From assembly GCA_964500695.1 (NCBI GenBank), contig CAZCNT010000001.1, positions 1 to 59,515 on the forward strand: DNA of 59,515 bases. The letters run 5' to 3'. The DNA comes from an uncultured Gammaproteobacteria bacterium (GTDB lineage: Bacteria > Patescibacteriota > Microgenomatia > UBA8517). This document shows positions 42,085 to 50,494 of the stretch, one piece after another (position 1 is the stretch's first letter; every line of letters starts with the position of its first letter). The notes beneath the pieces were generated by a model. It was given only the letters and a program-made list of their open reading frames with translations. It did no database searches and was not told the origin of the DNA. A program made the position numbers and the translations under genes.

Positions 42085-42357
42085 ATGACTGGAATAATTA
42101 ACATATCCGATGCGAGATCAAAGCTTCCTGCGTTGGTGGACGAAGTTGGTGAGGGTCTGTCCCGTTTTTTGATTACAGTAAACAGCAAACCGAAGGCGGT
42201 CCTTATTGGTGTTGAAGAATTGGAATCCCTGGAAGAAACTGCTGAAATTATGGCTATTCCTGGAGCTTATAAGGCTATCAAAAAAGGTTACAAACAAGCT
42301 AAAATTGGCGATGGCGTCGCCTGGTCTGAATTTAAGAAAAAGTATAATATTGAGTGA
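42085..42357 (+). CDS. Phd/YefM-family antitoxin
   Basis: Contains MTGIINISDARSKLPALVDEV...ITVNSKPKAVLIG. Uses the internal ATG of the track ORF. Confidence 0.8.
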   Translation: MTGIINISDARSKLPALVDEVGEGLSRFLITVNSKPKAVLIGVEELESLEETAEIMAIPGAYKAIKKGYKQAKIGDGVAWSEFKKKYNIE

Positions 42358-42605
42358 TGAGGCTTTTTCTTACCAAGCAGGCAAAAAGAGAATTCTTCAA
42401 GCTTCCCGCTCCAGAACAAAAAAAAGCGGCTAGAAAAATAAACCTATTAGAGGAAAGACCACTTATCGGTAAAAAACTTGGTGGGGAATTAGGCAATTTA
42501 CGTTGCCTCCGTTTCTGGCCTTACAGAATTATCTATCACGTCGAGCAGAAAAAGAAGGAAATTTGGGTTGATCATATAATTCACAGGCAGGGAGCGTATA
42601 AATGA
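42354..42605 (+). CDS. RelE/ParE-family toxin
   Basis: 83 aa with a 4-nt overlap with the antitoxin. Contains RCLRFWPYRIIYHV...IHRQGAY. Confidence 0.78.
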   Translation: MMRLFLTKQAKREFFKLPAPEQKKAARKINLLEERPLIGKKLGGELGNLRCLRFWPYRIIYHVEQKKKEIWVDHIIHRQGAYK

Positions 42606-42625
42606 GTTTTGGGTTATAATTGTGA

Positions 42626-43627
42626 TTGAATATGGACAAGAAACGAATTTTAACCGGCGATCGGCCCACAGGCAAAATGCACCTGGGGCACTTTGTAGGG
42701 AGCTTGAAAAATAGAGTAAAGCTTCAGGATTCCTATGACCAATTTGTAATGATTGCCGATGTGCAGGCGTTGACCGATAATTTTGAGAATCCTGGAAAAG
42801 TCAGAGCCAGTATAAAAGAGGTACTTTTGGATTACCTTGCAGTCGGAATTGATCCTAAAAAGACCACGATTTTGATCCAATCCATGATTCCCGAAATTGC
42901 CGAATTAACTGTGTTTTACTTGAATTTAGTCACTCTTGAGAGGGTTCTTCGAAATCCGACAGTAAAAGACGAAATTAAACAAAAAGGATTTGGGCAAAAT
43001 ATTCCTTCAGGGTTTGCAATGTATCCGGTCTCACAAGCTGCCGATATAACTGTTTTTAACGCTGACTTGGTTCCTGTCGGTGAAGATCAGCTTCCCATGA
43101 TTGAGCAAACCCGCGAGATCGTCAGAAAGTTTAACTCTTTGTACAGTAAGGTTTTTGTCGAACCTGAAGCTTTGGTAGGGGAAGTTAAAAGACTTCCAGG
43201 AACGGATGGGACTAAGATGGGCAAAAGTGTGAATAATGCGATATATTTGTCAGATGGCGAAGAGGAGCTTAAAAAGAAAGTGATGAACATGTACACCGAT
43301 CCAGATCGGATTCATTCCACGGATCCTGGGAAGGTTGAGGGAAATCCTGTTTTTATCTATCATGACGTTTTTAACCCGAATAAATCCGAGGTTGAAGAGC
43401 TAAAAAAGATGTATAAAGAGGGAAAGGTTGGAGACGTTGAAGTTAAAGAGAAACTTTTTGTTGCCCTAAACACTTTTCTGAAACCAATTAGAGAGAGAAG
43501 ATCTGAGTTTGAAGGAAAAGATGCTGAGTTGGAGAAGATTCTGAAAGAAGGAACAGAAAAAGCCCGTGAAGTGGCTAAAGAGACAATGCAAAAAGTTAGA
43601 CACGCGATGAAGATTGATTACTTCTGA
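42626..43627 (+). CDS. trpS: tryptophan--tRNA ligase
   Basis: Contains [10 protein letters not shown] (HIGH) and GTKMGKS (KMSKS). 333 aa. Confidence 0.9.
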   Translation: MNMDKKRILTGDRPTGKMHLGHFVGSLKNRVKLQDSYDQFVMIADVQALTDNFENPGKVRASIKEVLLDYLAVGIDPKKTTILIQSMIPEIAELTVFYLNLVTLERVLRNPTVKDEIKQKGFGQNIPSGFAMYPVSQAADITVFNADLVPVGEDQLPMIEQTREIVRKFNSLYSKVFVEPEALVGEVKRLPGTDGTKMGKSVNNAIYLSDGEEELKKKVMNMYTDPDRIHSTDPGKVEGNPVFIYHDVFNPNKSEVEELKKMYKEGKVGDVEVKEKLFVALNTFLKPIRERRSEFEGKDAELEKILKEGTEKAREVAKETMQKVRHAMKIDYF

Positions 43628-43628
43628 A

Positions 43629-43979
43629 ATGGATCCAATAAATTTTGAACAATTCGAAGCTGTTGATATTCGTATCGGCACGGTTAAGAAAGCCGACGTG
43701 CCGGAGTGGAGCCATTGGGTTATCCGAATGGAGGTTGATTTTGGACCGGAAATCGGAACTAAAAAAGCATTTTCCGGAATAATGAAGTTTTTTACTCCCG
43801 AGGATCTTATCGGAAAACAATTTCCATTTGTTGTTAATCTTGAACCCAAGAAAATTGGGCCGGACAAGGAGATGAGCGAGGCAATGATGATTATGTGTGT
43901 GCCAAAAGAAGATGAAGAAACTCCAACCGTTCTTTTCAAGCTCCAAAAGAAAGTTCCAGATGGAACTAAGGTGCGCTAA
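43629..43979 (+). CDS. tRNA-binding OB-fold protein (CsaA/Trbp111-like)
   Basis: Contains FEAVDIRIGTVKKA...FPFVVNLEPKKI. Confidence 0.75.
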   Translation: MDPINFEQFEAVDIRIGTVKKADVPEWSHWVIRMEVDFGPEIGTKKAFSGIMKFFTPEDLIGKQFPFVVNLEPKKIGPDKEMSEAMMIMCVPKEDEETPTVLFKLQKKVPDGTKVR

Positions 43980-43992
43980 CGCACAAATACAA

Positions 43993-44080
43993 AACTCTAA
44001 TTTCTAAATCCTAATTAAATCCAAAATTGGAATTTGTAAATTAAAATTTATTTAGAGTTTAGAATTTAGGATTTAGGGTT
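43993..44080. repeat. cargo-less inverted heptamer arrays (AACTCTA ATTTCTA AATCCTA ATTAAAT ... TAGAGTT TAGAATT TAGGATT TAGGGTT)
   Basis: 7-nt period on both arms. The arms are roughly complementary when G-U pairs are allowed. Same layout as 10251..10331. Confidence 0.75.
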
Positions 44081-44115
44081 TCAGCTTTAACAAAGCTGAT
44101 GTATAATCCCTCTGT

Positions 44116-45996
44116 ATGGACCCAACCAAATTAATTCAAAAAAAACGCCCTCAGGGTAAAAAACAGGTTCAGTTCAAACTAAAAATCAATCTTTGGACTA
44201 TTGCTTTGGGGCTTCTGGTGGTTTTCTTCGTTGTTCCTCTTATCATTACCGGAGTACAGATGGCGGGGAGTAGTAATAATGTTGAAATTTCCCAGCTACT
44301 GAGTGATGTTAAAACCGGCAAGACTGACAAAATATTAATCGAGAGCAATAAATTGATTGTTACGTATAAGGATGGAACAGTTAAGCTTTCCACCAAAGAG
44401 GATGTTGAAGGTTTTAGCCAGCTTTTAAAAGATTCCGGAATAGACCCCTCAACTGTTAAGTTTTCGGTTGTTGACCAATCTTTGACAAAAACTCTGGGGG
44501 AAGTTGCAGGGATTGTCTTACCACTTCTTCTAATGGCAGGATTTTTTTACTATATTTTGCGCGCTCAAACTAAAGGGGCACAGGACATTTTTTCTTTCGG
44601 AAGAAGTAAGGCCAGGCTATTTGCTAAGGGAAAACAGGATACGACTTTTAAAGACGTAGCCGGAGTTGACGAGGCTAAAAAAGAACTTGAAGAACTGGTA
44701 GATTTTCTTAAATACCCCGCAAAATACAGAAAAATGGGAGCACGTACCCCGAAAGGCGCCCTTTTGGTCGGCCCAGCAGGAGTAGGAAAAACTTTATTGG
44801 CGAAAGCGGTAGCAGGGGAAGCCGGAGTTCCGTTTTTTTCAATGGCAGGGAGCGAATTTATGGAAATGCTTGTTGGAGTTGGTGCAAGTAGAGTTCGGGA
44901 TCTTTTTGGCCAGGCAAAAACAGCTGCCCCCTCAATAATTTTTATTGACGAAATTGACGCTATCGGGCGCCAAAGAGGACGCGGAATGATGGGCGGGCAT
45001 GATGAGAGAGAGCAAACCTTGAACCAGATCTTAGTAGAAATGGACGGTTTTACTCCGAATGATAACGTCGTAGTCCTTGCTGCAACAAATAGAGGAGATT
45101 TGCTTGATCCCGCACTTCTCAGACCGGGACGTTTTGACAGACGTGTAATGCTTGATATGCCGGACAAAGAGGGAAGACTTGCGATTCTTCTAATCCATGC
45201 TCGTGGTAAAAGTTTTGGCAAAAAGATCGATTGGGGCAGGGTAGCAGACCGCACAGTTGGATTTTCGGGAGCAGATCTTGAGAATATGCTTAATGAAGCT
45301 GCAATAGGGGCAGCCAGAAATGGTAAAAATGAGATTGGGATGGTTGATATTGAAGAATCAGCCACAAAAGTTAAACTTGGACCGGCAAAAAAGAGACTTC
45401 AAAGCGAGGAAGATAAAAAGATCACAGCCTACCACGAGGCCGGGCATGGAATTGTTACCCATTTTTTAACAAAAACCGATCCGGTTCACCGAATCTCGAT
45501 TGTGGCCCGCGGAATGAGCCTGGGACACACATTGATTCCTCCTGCGGCTGACAGGACCCATGAGACCAAGTCCAGGCTCTTGGAACAGATCACAGCGATG
45601 CTGGGAGGCCGTGCCGCGGAGGAGGTTGTATTTAACGAAATGACGAGTGGAGCCAGTAACGATATTGCTCAGGCGACAAAAATTGCCCGCGCGATGGTAA
45701 TTGAATTTGGAATGAGTGACTTGGGGCCAATTAATCTGGGGGATGATATGGGAATGGGAGACTTTGGGCAGATGGAATGGTTTGAGGGAGCCAAGAATTC
45801 CCCGGCATTTTTGGAAAAAATTGATATTGAAGTCAAAAAGATTTTGGATTCCTGCTACAAGGTAGCTGTTAAACTGGTTAAAGAAAAGAGAAAGCTTTTG
45901 GACAAAGTAAGCGATGCTTTAATAAAAAAAGAAACCTTGGACAGGGACGACTTCGAGGGAATTGTTGGCCACAAGTCGGGCGACGGGAAACTGTAG
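44116..45996 (+). CDS. ftsH: ATP-dependent zinc metalloprotease FtsH
   Basis: Contains GPAGVGKT, the AAA SRH region and HEAGH. Confidence 0.95.
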   Translation: MDPTKLIQKKRPQGKKQVQFKLKINLWTIALGLLVVFFVVPLIITGVQMAGSSNNVEISQLLSDVKTGKTDKILIESNKLIVTYKDGTVKLSTKEDVEGFSQLLKDSGIDPSTVKFSVVDQSLTKTLGEVAGIVLPLLLMAGFFYYILRAQTKGAQDIFSFGRSKARLFAKGKQDTTFKDVAGVDEAKKELEELVDFLKYPAKYRKMGARTPKGALLVGPAGVGKTLLAKAVAGEAGVPFFSMAGSEFMEMLVGVGASRVRDLFGQAKTAAPSIIFIDEIDAIGRQRGRGMMGGHDEREQTLNQILVEMDGFTPNDNVVVLAATNRGDLLDPALLRPGRFDRRVMLDMPDKEGRLAILLIHARGKSFGKKIDWGRVADRTVGFSGADLENMLNEAAIGAARNGKNEIGMVDIEESATKVKLGPAKKRLQSEEDKKITAYHEAGHGIVTHFLTKTDPVHRISIVARGMSLGHTLIPPAADRTHETKSRLLEQITAMLGGRAAEEVVFNEMTSGASNDIAQATKIARAMVIEFGMSDLGPINLGDDMGMGDFGQMEWFEGAKNSPAFLEKIDIEVKKILDSCYKVAVKLVKEKRKLLDKVSDALIKKETLDRDDFEGIVGHKSGDGKL

Positions 45997-46034
45997 ATTT
46001 GTTTATTTTTGATTGACTTCAACGAAAGTTTCAG

Positions 46035-47000
46035 ATGGGATACAATACACTCATGTCTAAGCTGGTTATTATAGATGGTAATGCAATTCTGCACCGGGCG
46101 TTTCATGCGCTGCCTCCATTAACCACAAAGCGCGGGGAGCCGATAAATGCTGTCTATGGGCTCGTTAGTATGATCCTAAGGGTTATCACGGACCTAAAAC
46201 CAACTCATATAGCCGTAACTTTCGATGAAAGGGCTCCGACTTTTCGTCAAAAAGAACTTCCAACCTATCAAGCCCAACGTCCGCCGATGGCGGAAGATTT
46301 AGGATCGCAGTTTTCAAAAGCCCGTGAATTTTTAGCTGCGGCAAACATTTCCGTTTATTCAAAACCGGGATTTGAGGCGGATGATGTAATTGGCACCATA
46401 GCAACTAGAGCTCAGAGCCTAGAGCCTAGTAAAAAAACTAAGCTCCAAGCTCTAACCCCTAATCTCTCCGAGGTAATTATCGTCACAGGGGACAGGGATC
46501 AGCTTCAACTGGTTGATGATAAAAAGAGAATCAAACTTTACATGCCTGTTGCGGGACTAATCAATGCCAAGCTCTATGATGAAGCGGAAACGATCGAGCG
46601 AATGGGAGTTCCTCCGGTACAGATTACAGATCTGAAGGCTCTAACGGGGGATGCTTCCGATAACTACTTTGGAGTTCCCGGGATTGGGCCAAAAACGGCG
46701 ATAATCCTGCTTTCTAAATATAAATCAGTAAAAGAAATTTATGAACATCTAAACGAGATTCCGAGTAATGTTCGCGAAAAGCTTGGAAAAGGAAAAAAAT
46801 CAGCCGACCAATCATATTTTCTGGCAACAATTGTGCGTGATGTTCCGCTCGATTTAGACTTTGGGGCTATGGGAAAGTGGAATATATCAGGGCCAGAAGT
46901 GATAAAGTTGTTTGAGGAGTTTGGATTTAAGACTTTAACAAAAAGGATTCAGGAGGTAAGTAAAAAAATTGAAGAAGATAAACAAGTCAAAATGTTCTGA
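46035..47000 (+). CDS. 5'-3' exonuclease (Pol I N-terminal/FEN-like)
   Basis: Contains IIDGNAILHRAF, FEADDVIGT, TGDRDQLQL and GVPGIGPKTA. The start is either 46035 or 46053. Confidence 0.88.
   Translation: MGYNTLMSKLVIIDGNAILHRAFHALPPLTTKRGEPINAVYGLVSMILRVITDLKPTHIAVTFDERAPTFRQKELPTYQAQRPPMAEDLGSQFSKAREFLAAANISVYSKPGFEADDVIGTIATRAQSLEPSKKTKLQALTPNLSEVIIVTGDRDQLQLVDDKKRIKLYMPVAGLINAKLYDEAETIERMGVPPVQITDLKALTGDASDNYFGVPGIGPKTAIILLSKYKSVKEIYEHLNEIPSNVREKLGKGKKSADQSYFLATIVRDVPLDLDFGAMGKWNISGPEVIKLFEEFGFKTLTKRIQEVSKKIEEDKQVKMF
46405..46466. repeat. cargo-less inverted heptamer arms with A7 loop, translated in frame inside the exonuclease gene
   Basis: CTAGAGCTCAGAGCCTAGAGCCTAGT-AAAAAAA-CTAAGCTCCAAGCTCTAACCCCTAATCTC. 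Encodes RAQSLEPSKKTKLQALTPNL. Confidence 0.7.
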
Positions 47001-47017
47001 CTTATATAATATATATT

Positions 47018-48133
47018 ATGAAAGTAGCGATAGTACACGATTATTTACTAGATTATGGCGGTGCTGAAGAAGTTTTAGCCGTGTTGCACGAAACCTTTCC
47101 CGAAGCGCCGATCTACTTATCTTTATTAGATAAAAAGGGCTTAGGGAAGTTTGGACAGAAATTTGAAGGTGCAAAAATTATAACTTCATGGTTTAACAGA
47201 CTGCCATTTGCCTCAAAATTAATTTCTCCCCTAAGGTTTCTGATTCCATTGATATGGTCGAGCTTTGATTTTTCTGAATATGATGTTGTTATAACTTCCG
47301 CCAGTTGGGCAGTAACTAAAGGAATTAAAAAGGGGGAAGGAATGATTGAGATCTGTTATCTTCACACACCGCCGAGATATTTGTATGGTTACGAGACTTC
47401 GCGGAAATGGAAAGGGAAGTGGTATGGACTTTTGATTGATATTTACGCAAAAGTTGTTAATAAATTTATGCGGGCATATGATTTTCGTCAGGCGCAAAAA
47501 GTTGATTATTTTATAGCCAATTCCAAAAACGTAGGTAGGCGAATTGAAAAGTTTTATAAGCGAACCGATTATAAAGTTATCTATCCGCCGATAAACATTC
47601 CGCGTATTAAGCCAACTAATGATAAAGATAACTATTTTATAACCGGGGGAAGAATGACTGCTGCCAAAAATTTTGACTTAATTATCAAAACTTGCCAGAA
47701 GGCAAATGTTAAATTAAAGGTGTTTGGAGGAGGAGTAAGCAAGGAGTATTTAAAATCGATTGCACGGGGCGAAACGATATTTATGGGTAAAATAAATGAC
47801 CAGGAAAAAACCAGGTTAATGTTAAAAGCAAAGGCATTTATTTTAGCTCAAATTGATGAAGATTTTGGTATGACGGCACTTGAAGCGGCGGCTTGTGGTT
47901 GTCCGGCAATTGCATTTCGCGGTGGTGGGTATATTGAGTCGGTGGTAGAGGGAAAAACAGGGCTGTTTTTCGACGAACCAACAGTTGAAAGCCTGTCAGA
48001 AGCAGTTAGGAAATTCGAAAGGATGAAATTTGATCCAAAAGATTGCATTGCTCAGGCCAAAAAGTTTTCAAAGGAAAGATTCCAAACAGAAATACGCAGA
48101 TTTGTTGAGGAACGGATTCACACGGATAAATGA
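47018..48133 (+). CDS. GT4-family glycosyltransferase
   Basis: 371 aa with EDFGMTALEAAACGCPAIA. Confidence 0.8.
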   Translation: MKVAIVHDYLLDYGGAEEVLAVLHETFPEAPIYLSLLDKKGLGKFGQKFEGAKIITSWFNRLPFASKLISPLRFLIPLIWSSFDFSEYDVVITSASWAVTKGIKKGEGMIEICYLHTPPRYLYGYETSRKWKGKWYGLLIDIYAKVVNKFMRAYDFRQAQKVDYFIANSKNVGRRIEKFYKRTDYKVIYPPINIPRIKPTNDKDNYFITGGRMTAAKNFDLIIKTCQKANVKLKVFGGGVSKEYLKSIARGETIFMGKINDQEKTRLMLKAKAFILAQIDEDFGMTALEAAACGCPAIAFRGGGYIESVVEGKTGLFFDEPTVESLSEAVRKFERMKFDPKDCIAQAKKFSKERFQTEIRRFVEERIHTDK

Positions 48134-48544
48134 CGGATAAACTTCTCTATGCAGACCTGACTTATAAGGTTCGCGGAGCATTTTTTACAATTTACAACAT
48201 TCTTGGGTTTGGTCATAAAGAGATTATCTATCAAAAAGCGCTGGCTAAGGAATTAGACAAGATTGGAATAAAATATAAACGTGAACCAAGATTGAAAATT
48301 ATTTATGATGGCGATGTACTAGGAACGTACGTGCCCGACTTTTTGATTGAGGATAAAATTATTGTTGAGTTGAAATCGACCCAGTATTTCCCTCCCGACT
48401 TAGGTAAACAAATATTAAATTATCTCAAAGTAACTGGCTATAAACTTGCCTTGGCTGTGAATTTTGGACAATCCAAATTAGATATTAGACGGAGAATTCT
48501 GACCTAATAATCTGTGTGATCTGTTTTACAATCTGTGTTAATCT
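48111..48544. mobile_element. putative IR-bounded cassette carrying a GxxExxY gene
   Basis: Left arm AACGGATTCACACGGATAAATGACGGATAAAC. Right arm TAATAATCTGTGTGATCTGTTTTACAATCTGTGTTAATC. CACGGAT and ATCTGTG words are roughly complementary, about 17/25 by hand. Confidence 0.4.
48130..48507 (+). CDS. GxxExxY protein (PD-(D/E)xK nuclease-fold family)
   Basis: Contains GHKEIIY (GxxExxY) and ...PDFLIEDKIIVELK (D...E.K). 125 aa. Confidence 0.8.
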   Translation: MTDKLLYADLTYKVRGAFFTIYNILGFGHKEIIYQKALAKELDKIGIKYKREPRLKIIYDGDVLGTYVPDFLIEDKIIVELKSTQYFPPDLGKQILNYLKVTGYKLALAVNFGQSKLDIRRRILT

Positions 48545-48550
48545 TTAGTA

Positions 48551-49363
48551 ATGCCTGAATTACCGGAAGTTGAAACGATTAAACTTCAGTTAGAAAAGCT
48601 GATTGTCGGTAAAGAAATCTTGGCGATTGAAACCGATACTCCCAAAATGGTCCAGCCCTCAGTCTCAATTGTTCAAAAGGTTATCGTGGGGGCCAAAATT
48701 GTCAAGATTGAAAGAAGGGCAAAGTTGATTCAGTTTTATTTTGATAACGGCCGGGTTTTAATTAGTCATCTAAAATTAACGGGGAGGTTATTGGTTCGGA
48801 GAAAGTCGGATCCCAAAGATGATTGGCAGAGAATTATCGTCTCTTTGTCCGGTGGTTTGGAATTAAGATTTGCAGACCTTCGGAAATTCGGCTGGCTGAA
48901 ATTGATCACGGATAACACCGAGCTTAAGAAAATATTGGGTGGGTACGGACCGGAAGCAGACAAAGTTACTTTAAAAGAATTTGGGGAGATTCTGGCAAAA
49001 ACTTCCCGACCCATTAAAGTGGTTCTTATGGATCAGGCCACAATTTCCGGAATCGGCAATATCTACGCGGCCGACGCCCTTAACTTGGCCAAAATTGATC
49101 CACGGCGTCCCGCTAAGAGTTTAAATTCCGGTGAAGAAAAAGCGCTTCAGGAAGCCATCCTGAAGGTTTTAAAGTTGGGGATTAAGTTCGGTGGCGCCTC
49201 TGATCAATTTTATTTGGATGCATTGGGCGCAAAAGGTCATTATCAGGATCACTTTTTGGTTTATAATCGTCAGGGTGAAAAGTGCTTCAATTGTGGCAGC
49301 CCGATTAAAAAAATCCGTCTGGCCGGCCGTGGTACCTACTTTTGCCCGGAATGCCAAAAATAA
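48551..49363 (+). CDS. mutM: formamidopyrimidine-DNA glycosylase
   Basis: MPELPEVE N-terminus and a C-terminal CFNCG...FCPECQ zinc finger. Confidence 0.92.
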   Translation: MPELPEVETIKLQLEKLIVGKEILAIETDTPKMVQPSVSIVQKVIVGAKIVKIERRAKLIQFYFDNGRVLISHLKLTGRLLVRRKSDPKDDWQRIIVSLSGGLELRFADLRKFGWLKLITDNTELKKILGGYGPEADKVTLKEFGEILAKTSRPIKVVLMDQATISGIGNIYAADALNLAKIDPRRPAKSLNSGEEKALQEAILKVLKLGIKFGGASDQFYLDALGAKGHYQDHFLVYNRQGEKCFNCGSPIKKIRLAGRGTYFCPECQK

Positions 49364-49364
49364 C

Positions 49365-50471
49365 CTACTTTTTAAATGTTGTATACAAATCGAAAAGTTT
49401 TTGAGCGGTATTTTTTGCTGAAAAACTCAAAGCGTATTCGTAGGTTTTTTGCGAAAGACTATAATAGTTTTCTTTGTTTTTTGCGATTTCACTTATCTTT
49501 TCTGCGATTTTTTTAGGATTTCTTTCGCAAATATATCCGGATTGGTTGTCAATTATCAGTTCTTCAAGACCAGAACCTTTTAAAGATATGGTAGGAATTC
49601 CTGAAGCCATAGCTTCAAGGATTGAAATCGGCATAACCTCGCTTAATGATGGTGTAATAAAAAGATGAACAGACTTGTATATTTCCGGAATAAGTTTTCT
49701 GTCAACCACTCCCGTAAAGGTTATATTATTTTCAAGTCCCAATTTAAATGTTTGATCCTGCATTTTTTGAAAAAGAAGACCCGAACCTAAAATCCAAAAT
49801 TTAAAATTGGGGATTAACTTTTTGAGCTCTCTGGCTATCTTAATCAATTCCAGAGGGTTTTTTTCTCTATCCAACCTGCCGGTATAAGCCAGTGTCAGGG
49901 GATGAAAGGGTTTTTCTTGAGGTTTATTAAAAAAGAAATCCTCGACGCCATTATTGACAATAATGGTGTTTTTAATGCCGTGTTTAATCAGTCTTTTTTC
50001 AGTGTTTGACGATGGACAAATAACCTTCTTTGATTTTTTGGAAATTTTGACTAAGTCTCTAATCAATATTTTTGAGGTCGCGTCATAACCTTTGGGAAAG
50101 TAATAATTTAAATACTGCTCATATTGTGTATGGGCAGTAAAGAAAAGAGGTTTGCCCAGCCTATCCGCTATTTGCGAAGCCGCCTGCCCGATTATTAAGG
50201 GATGGTGTGTATGGACAATATCTATTTTTAATTTTTTGATTTTTTTTGTGGGTAAGAAGGGAATTCCCATAGGATAATTTTTAATAAACGGGTTAGGCAG
50301 AGACGGATATCGGATAACATCTTTATATTGGTCTTTATATCCCGGGAACGATGGGGCAAGAATATATACTTTATGGCCAAGTTTCCTCAGAGCATCGGCT
50401 GTTGAGCTAATGTGATAAGTGACCCCGTTTGCTGTGGGAAGATAACTGGCTGTTGTGAATAGGATGTGCAT
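49365..50471 (-). CDS. GT4-family glycosyltransferase
   Basis: 368 aa with SEVMPISILEAMASGIPTI. Confidence 0.8.
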   Translation of the reverse strand: MHILFTTASYLPTANGVTYHISSTADALRKLGHKVYILAPSFPGYKDQYKDVIRYPSLPNPFIKNYPMGIPFLPTKKIKKLKIDIVHTHHPLIIGQAASQIADRLGKPLFFTAHTQYEQYLNYYFPKGYDATSKILIRDLVKISKKSKKVICPSSNTEKRLIKHGIKNTIIVNNGVEDFFFNKPQEKPFHPLTLAYTGRLDREKNPLELIKIARELKKLIPNFKFWILGSGLLFQKMQDQTFKLGLENNITFTGVVDRKLIPEIYKSVHLFITPSLSEVMPISILEAMASGIPTISLKGSGLEELIIDNQSGYICERNPKKIAEKISEIAKNKENYYSLSQKTYEYALSFSAKNTAQKLFDLYTTFKK

Positions 50472-50494
50472 TGGGGTGTATTATACTTCATGAG

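Noticed and set aside
44565-45365. 266-aa antisense ORF inside ftsH, plus similar long antisense ORFs inside gap (9728-10237), nrdJ (27665-28120, 30139-30603), PBP (20389-20856), trpS/tRNA-binding (43466-43939), fic (51963-52568) and the T4CP gene (37167-37652).
   Set aside because: Each lies opposite a strongly supported conserved CDS and translates to low-complexity, Ser/Pro/Ile-rich sequence with no motifs. These are typical shadow ORFs.
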